This document shows positions 61,140-64,000 of a stretch of DNA of 64,000 nucleotides, one piece after another. The notes under the pieces were generated by a model. It saw only the letters and a program-made list of their open reading frames with translations. It was not told where the DNA came from and made no database searches. The position numbers and the translations under genes are program-made. The stretch's first letter is position 1, and each line of letters starts with the position of its first letter. This DNA comes from Trueperaceae bacterium (GTDB lineage Bacteria > Deinococcota > Deinococci > Deinococcales > Trueperaceae): NCBI GenBank assembly GCA_965214405.1, contig OZ243956.1, forward strand, positions 2,848,001 through 2,912,000, in the 5' to 3' direction.

Positions 61140-62354
61140 ATGCCCGGAATTGCGATTATCGGTGCCCAGTGGGGCGATGAAGGCAAGGGAAAAGTCGTGG
61201 ACGCGCTCGCCAGCGAGGCGGACCTGGTGGTGCGCTTTTCGGGCGGCGCGAACGCTGGTCACACGGTGGTGGTGGGTGAGGAAGTGTTCAAGCTCCACCA
61301 CCTCCCCTGCGGCGCGCTGCACGACCACCCCGCGTCGGTCCTGGGCGGCGGCATGGTCATTGACCCCTGGGCCTTTCGGGAGGAGTACGAGGCGTTGGCG
61401 GCGCGGCGCGACCCTGGGCGGGTCTACCTCTCGCACGAGGCGCACTTGGTGCTGCCTCACCACAAAAAGAACGACGAGGGCGGCGGCTTCGTCGGCACCA
61501 CGGGGCGCGGCATCGGCCCCGCCTACTCGGACAAGGCGCGGCGCGTGGGCTTGCGCTTTGGCGACCTCAAAGACGAGGCGGTGCTGCGGGAGCGTCTGGA
61601 GCGGTTATTGACGGCCAAGCCGAACTCGACAGCTCGAGTCGATTGGACAAGCGTCGAGGAAGCCTTTGAAGCCCTCCGCGAGGTGCGCGACTTTGTGCTC
61701 CCTTTTGTTTGCGACTCGAGCAAGCTCACCAGAGAGGCGCTCGCGTCGGGTAAGCGCGTCATGTTCGAGGGCGGGCAGGGCACCATGCTCGACCTCGCTT
61801 ACGGCACTTATCCCTACGTGACCTCGTCGCACCCGACCGTCGGCGGCATCTTGGTAGGCGCGGGCGTGAGCCACAAGGCGCTTGGCAAGGTCTACGGCGT
61901 CGTCAAGGCCTTTACCAGCCGCGTCGGCCACGGTCCCTTCGTGACCGAACTCGAGGGCGAGATGGCGACGCGGCTGCGGGGCACCGGCGCGAACCAGTGG
62001 GACGAGTACGGCACCACCACGGGCCGCGCGCGCCGGGTGGGCTGGCTTGATTTGGAGCAAGTTAAATACGCGTGTGAGGTCAACGGTTTCGACGGTTTAG
62101 TGGTTACCAAACTCGACGTGCTCTCGGGGCTCGAGACGCTCAAAGTCTGCACCGCGTATGAAGAAGGCAAACCCGTTTACAAGGAGATGCCGGGCTGGGG
62201 CGACCTTGGGGGGCTTGGCCGACGCGACGCGCTGCCCAAGGAGTTGGGGGAATATTTAGACCTCATCGAGACCCACACGGGCGTCCCGGTGGTGATGTTC
62301 TCGACGAGCCCCGACAGGGAAGACACCTACGGCGAGGTAGTTTGGAGCGATTAA
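61140..62354 (+). CDS. purA: Adenylosuccinate synthetase
   Basis: QWGDEGKGK, GGANAGHT, GTTGRGIGPAY, GTTTGRARRVGW. Confidence 0.97.
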   Translation: MPGIAIIGAQWGDEGKGKVVDALASEADLVVRFSGGANAGHTVVVGEEVFKLHHLPCGALHDHPASVLGGGMVIDPWAFREEYEALAARRDPGRVYLSHEAHLVLPHHKKNDEGGGFVGTTGRGIGPAYSDKARRVGLRFGDLKDEAVLRERLERLLTAKPNSTARVDWTSVEEAFEALREVRDFVLPFVCDSSKLTREALASGKRVMFEGGQGTMLDLAYGTYPYVTSSHPTVGGILVGAGVSHKALGKVYGVVKAFTSRVGHGPFVTELEGEMATRLRGTGANQWDEYGTTTGRARRVGWLDLEQVKYACEVNGFDGLVVTKLDVLSGLETLKVCTAYEEGKPVYKEMPGWGDLGGLGRRDALPKELGEYLDLIETHTGVPVVMFSTSPDREDTYGEVVWSD

Positions 62355-62376
62355 CTCGAGCTGTCAAGGGAGGTGA

Positions 62377-62712
62377 ATGGTGAGCGCGAAAAAGAACTTA
62401 ACAACTGCAATACAAGACCATAACAGGCCAACTTACATCTTGCTTAACAGCGCCTTTCCCGGTGGCGTACCAGAACCCTTCTATCTCCCCCTCTTGTTCG
62501 TGCTTTACGAAGAGATGTCAAACCGAAGTATCTCTAGGGTCATATCTTTTGTCACGGACAAGGAGTATTCGGAGGTCTATAACGATATTCCTATAGTCTC
62601 AGGCTACGTAGAAGGTCAAGAGCAACCTTCAAAAGAATTCTTGGAAAGGGTTGCAGAAGTGAGGCGTATTCTTGATGAGCATGGGTGGCAGGAGTGGCTG
62701 CAAGGGGAGTAA
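62377..62712 (+). CDS. AT-richer hypothetical protein (DUF3349-like)
   Basis: GGAGG RBS; AFPGGVP...YLPLL.VL...MS pattern. Confidence 0.55.
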   Translation: MVSAKKNLTTAIQDHNRPTYILLNSAFPGGVPEPFYLPLLFVLYEEMSNRSISRVISFVTDKEYSEVYNDIPIVSGYVEGQEQPSKEFLERVAEVRRILDEHGWQEWLQGE

Positions 62713-63248
62713 GGCTTGGGCGCATTAAATCGGCGGCGCGGGAGGACTGGCGGCGCGTCACTGAACGCAGCTTTGAGGTTGCGCGGCTCGAGCACCCCCA
62801 CTTCACAGGCCACGTCACCAAGCTGAACATCTACGTCATCACAGAACCCTTGTACGTCACCGGGTTTGGCAGAAGATTTTGTGTTGCCGACGCTGGCTTT
62901 ACTTGGTTACAGCACTTTCCCGAAGGGACTTACTACACCATGACCACGATGATTGATGCGGCGGGGCGGGTGGTGCATTGGTATTTCGATATCTGCAAAG
63001 AACACGGGCTGGACGAGGCAGGCGTTCCCTGGTGGTACGACCTCTACCTGGACATCGTCGTACTGCCTACGGGCGAGGCCGAGATTTTTGATGGAGATGA
63101 GCTCGAGGTCGCCCTCCAAAGGGGCGACGTGACGCCGGAGGAGGCCGCTTTGGCCTGGCGTGAGGCGAACGCGCTGCTCGAGCAGATTCAAAAGAACCGT
63201 TTGCCCCTGCTTGGGTTGAGCCTCGAGCACGTGAAAAAGTTTCGCTAG
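62685..63248 (+). CDS. DUF402 family protein (start uncertain)
   Basis: WLQHFP, WYFDI, DLYLDIVV, DGDELEVAL. Confidence 0.8.
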   Translation: MAGVAARGVRLGRIKSAAREDWRRVTERSFEVARLEHPHFTGHVTKLNIYVITEPLYVTGFGRRFCVADAGFTWLQHFPEGTYYTMTTMIDAAGRVVHWYFDICKEHGLDEAGVPWWYDLYLDIVVLPTGEAEIFDGDELEVALQRGDVTPEEAALAWREANALLEQIQKNRLPLLGLSLEHVKKFR

Positions 63249-63542
63249 CCGCGCGTAAAAGCCTCACCCGAACCGAGGTTGGCTTGACAACCTTGAGAAT
63301 TAGAGTAAACCGTTTATTTCACCACACGCCGCACGTTTTTGCCAATCAAAAATTTCACTTCTTTTCGCGCTTCCTTTTGTCATACTCCTTTTGGCTCAAG
63401 CAAATCTCATACACCATCTCGAGCACATAGGGCGCAGGCGGACTAATTTTACGTACGCATCGGGGCCGCGAAGGGAGCTGTAGGGGCGGGGTTTGTCAGG
63501 ATGCCTTTGGGCACGGGTTCTTGTCATGCTTGGGAGACACCT

Positions 63543-64000
63543 TTGAAACTAACACAGTTACGCCTGTTGATGTTTGCGCTGCTTGTTCTCGTTTTGGCCG
63601 CTTGTAGCAATGTAAGTAACGCCCCCGCGGGTGCGCCTCAAACTCCTTCAGAAACGCCTTTAGAATCACCGACGAATGAAGCTGTCTATATACCGGGTCA
63701 GTACATCGTGGTGCTTAAAGGGGGCTCGAGCGGAGACCTGAACACGCAGTCCGCGACGAGCTTCGACCTCACCGTGCAGCGCGTGGCTAACGACTTGGGC
63801 GTGCAGGCGGTTCTGCCCCTGCGGGTTATCAGCGGGTTTGTGGCGAAGAACGTGAGCCAGATTGAGTTGGCGGCGCTTAGAAGCGACCCGCGCGTCGACT
63901 ACGTCGAGCAGGACCAGGTCATCACCATCGACGCCACCCAAAGCAATGCGACGTGGGGTTTGGACCGCATCGACCAGCGTTCGCTGCCCCTCAACGGCTC
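63543..64000 (+). CDS. S8 serine protease, aqualysin/proteinase K-like lipoprotein (truncated by the window end)
   Basis: Manual translation from TTG 63543: lipobox LAAC, I9 propeptide IPGQYIVVLK...VDYVEQDQ, mature start ATQSNATWGLDRIDQR. Confidence 0.9.
   Translation, partial: MKLTQLRLLMFALLVLVLAACSNVSNAPAGAPQTPSETPLESPTNEAVYIPGQYIVVLKGGSSGDLNTQSATSFDLTVQRVANDLGVQAVLPLRVISGFVAKNVSQIELAALRSDPRVDYVEQDQVITIDATQSNATWGLDRIDQRSLPLNG

Overview
64 kb of a GC-rich (about 60% by eye) bacterial chromosome. Gene content and promoter style point to Deinococcota, probably Truepera-like: non-discriminating aspS2, bshC, DUF3208, c552-type cytochromes, an aqualysin-like protease and many leaderless genes. 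Most of it is housekeeping: htpG, tRNA-Leu(CAA), secG, an Opp/Dpp ABC operon, hslVU, tdk, aspS, purQ/L/F, purA, asd, degV, comM, a caa3-type oxidase operon, pccB, galT and modAB. Accessory pieces are a complete 1377-bp Mutator-like IS, a NucS/DUF5655 gene, a PIN toxin-antitoxin pair, an AT-richer Abi-alpha-like gene and two large Ig-repeat lipoproteins. The best new signal is an unannotated leaderless 18-codon peptide (MTTPAPHANDDNLEGLGA) with overlapping antiterminator and terminator in front of the non-discriminating Asp/Asn-tRNA synthetase, which looks like an Asn/Asp-sensing attenuator. Other signals: the IS sits 16 bp upstream of that promoter's -35; oxidase subunit IV is fused to two c552 domains, one lacking the axial Met; CTCGAG is strongly over-represented; a 30-bp direct repeat brackets the NucS-like gene; a 7-1-7 Fur-type box precedes the VIT1 gene; bshC lies next to DUF6062-khtT-khtU. 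Four single-base-deletion frameshifts may be assembly errors. All family calls come from motif recognition by eye; no searches were run.
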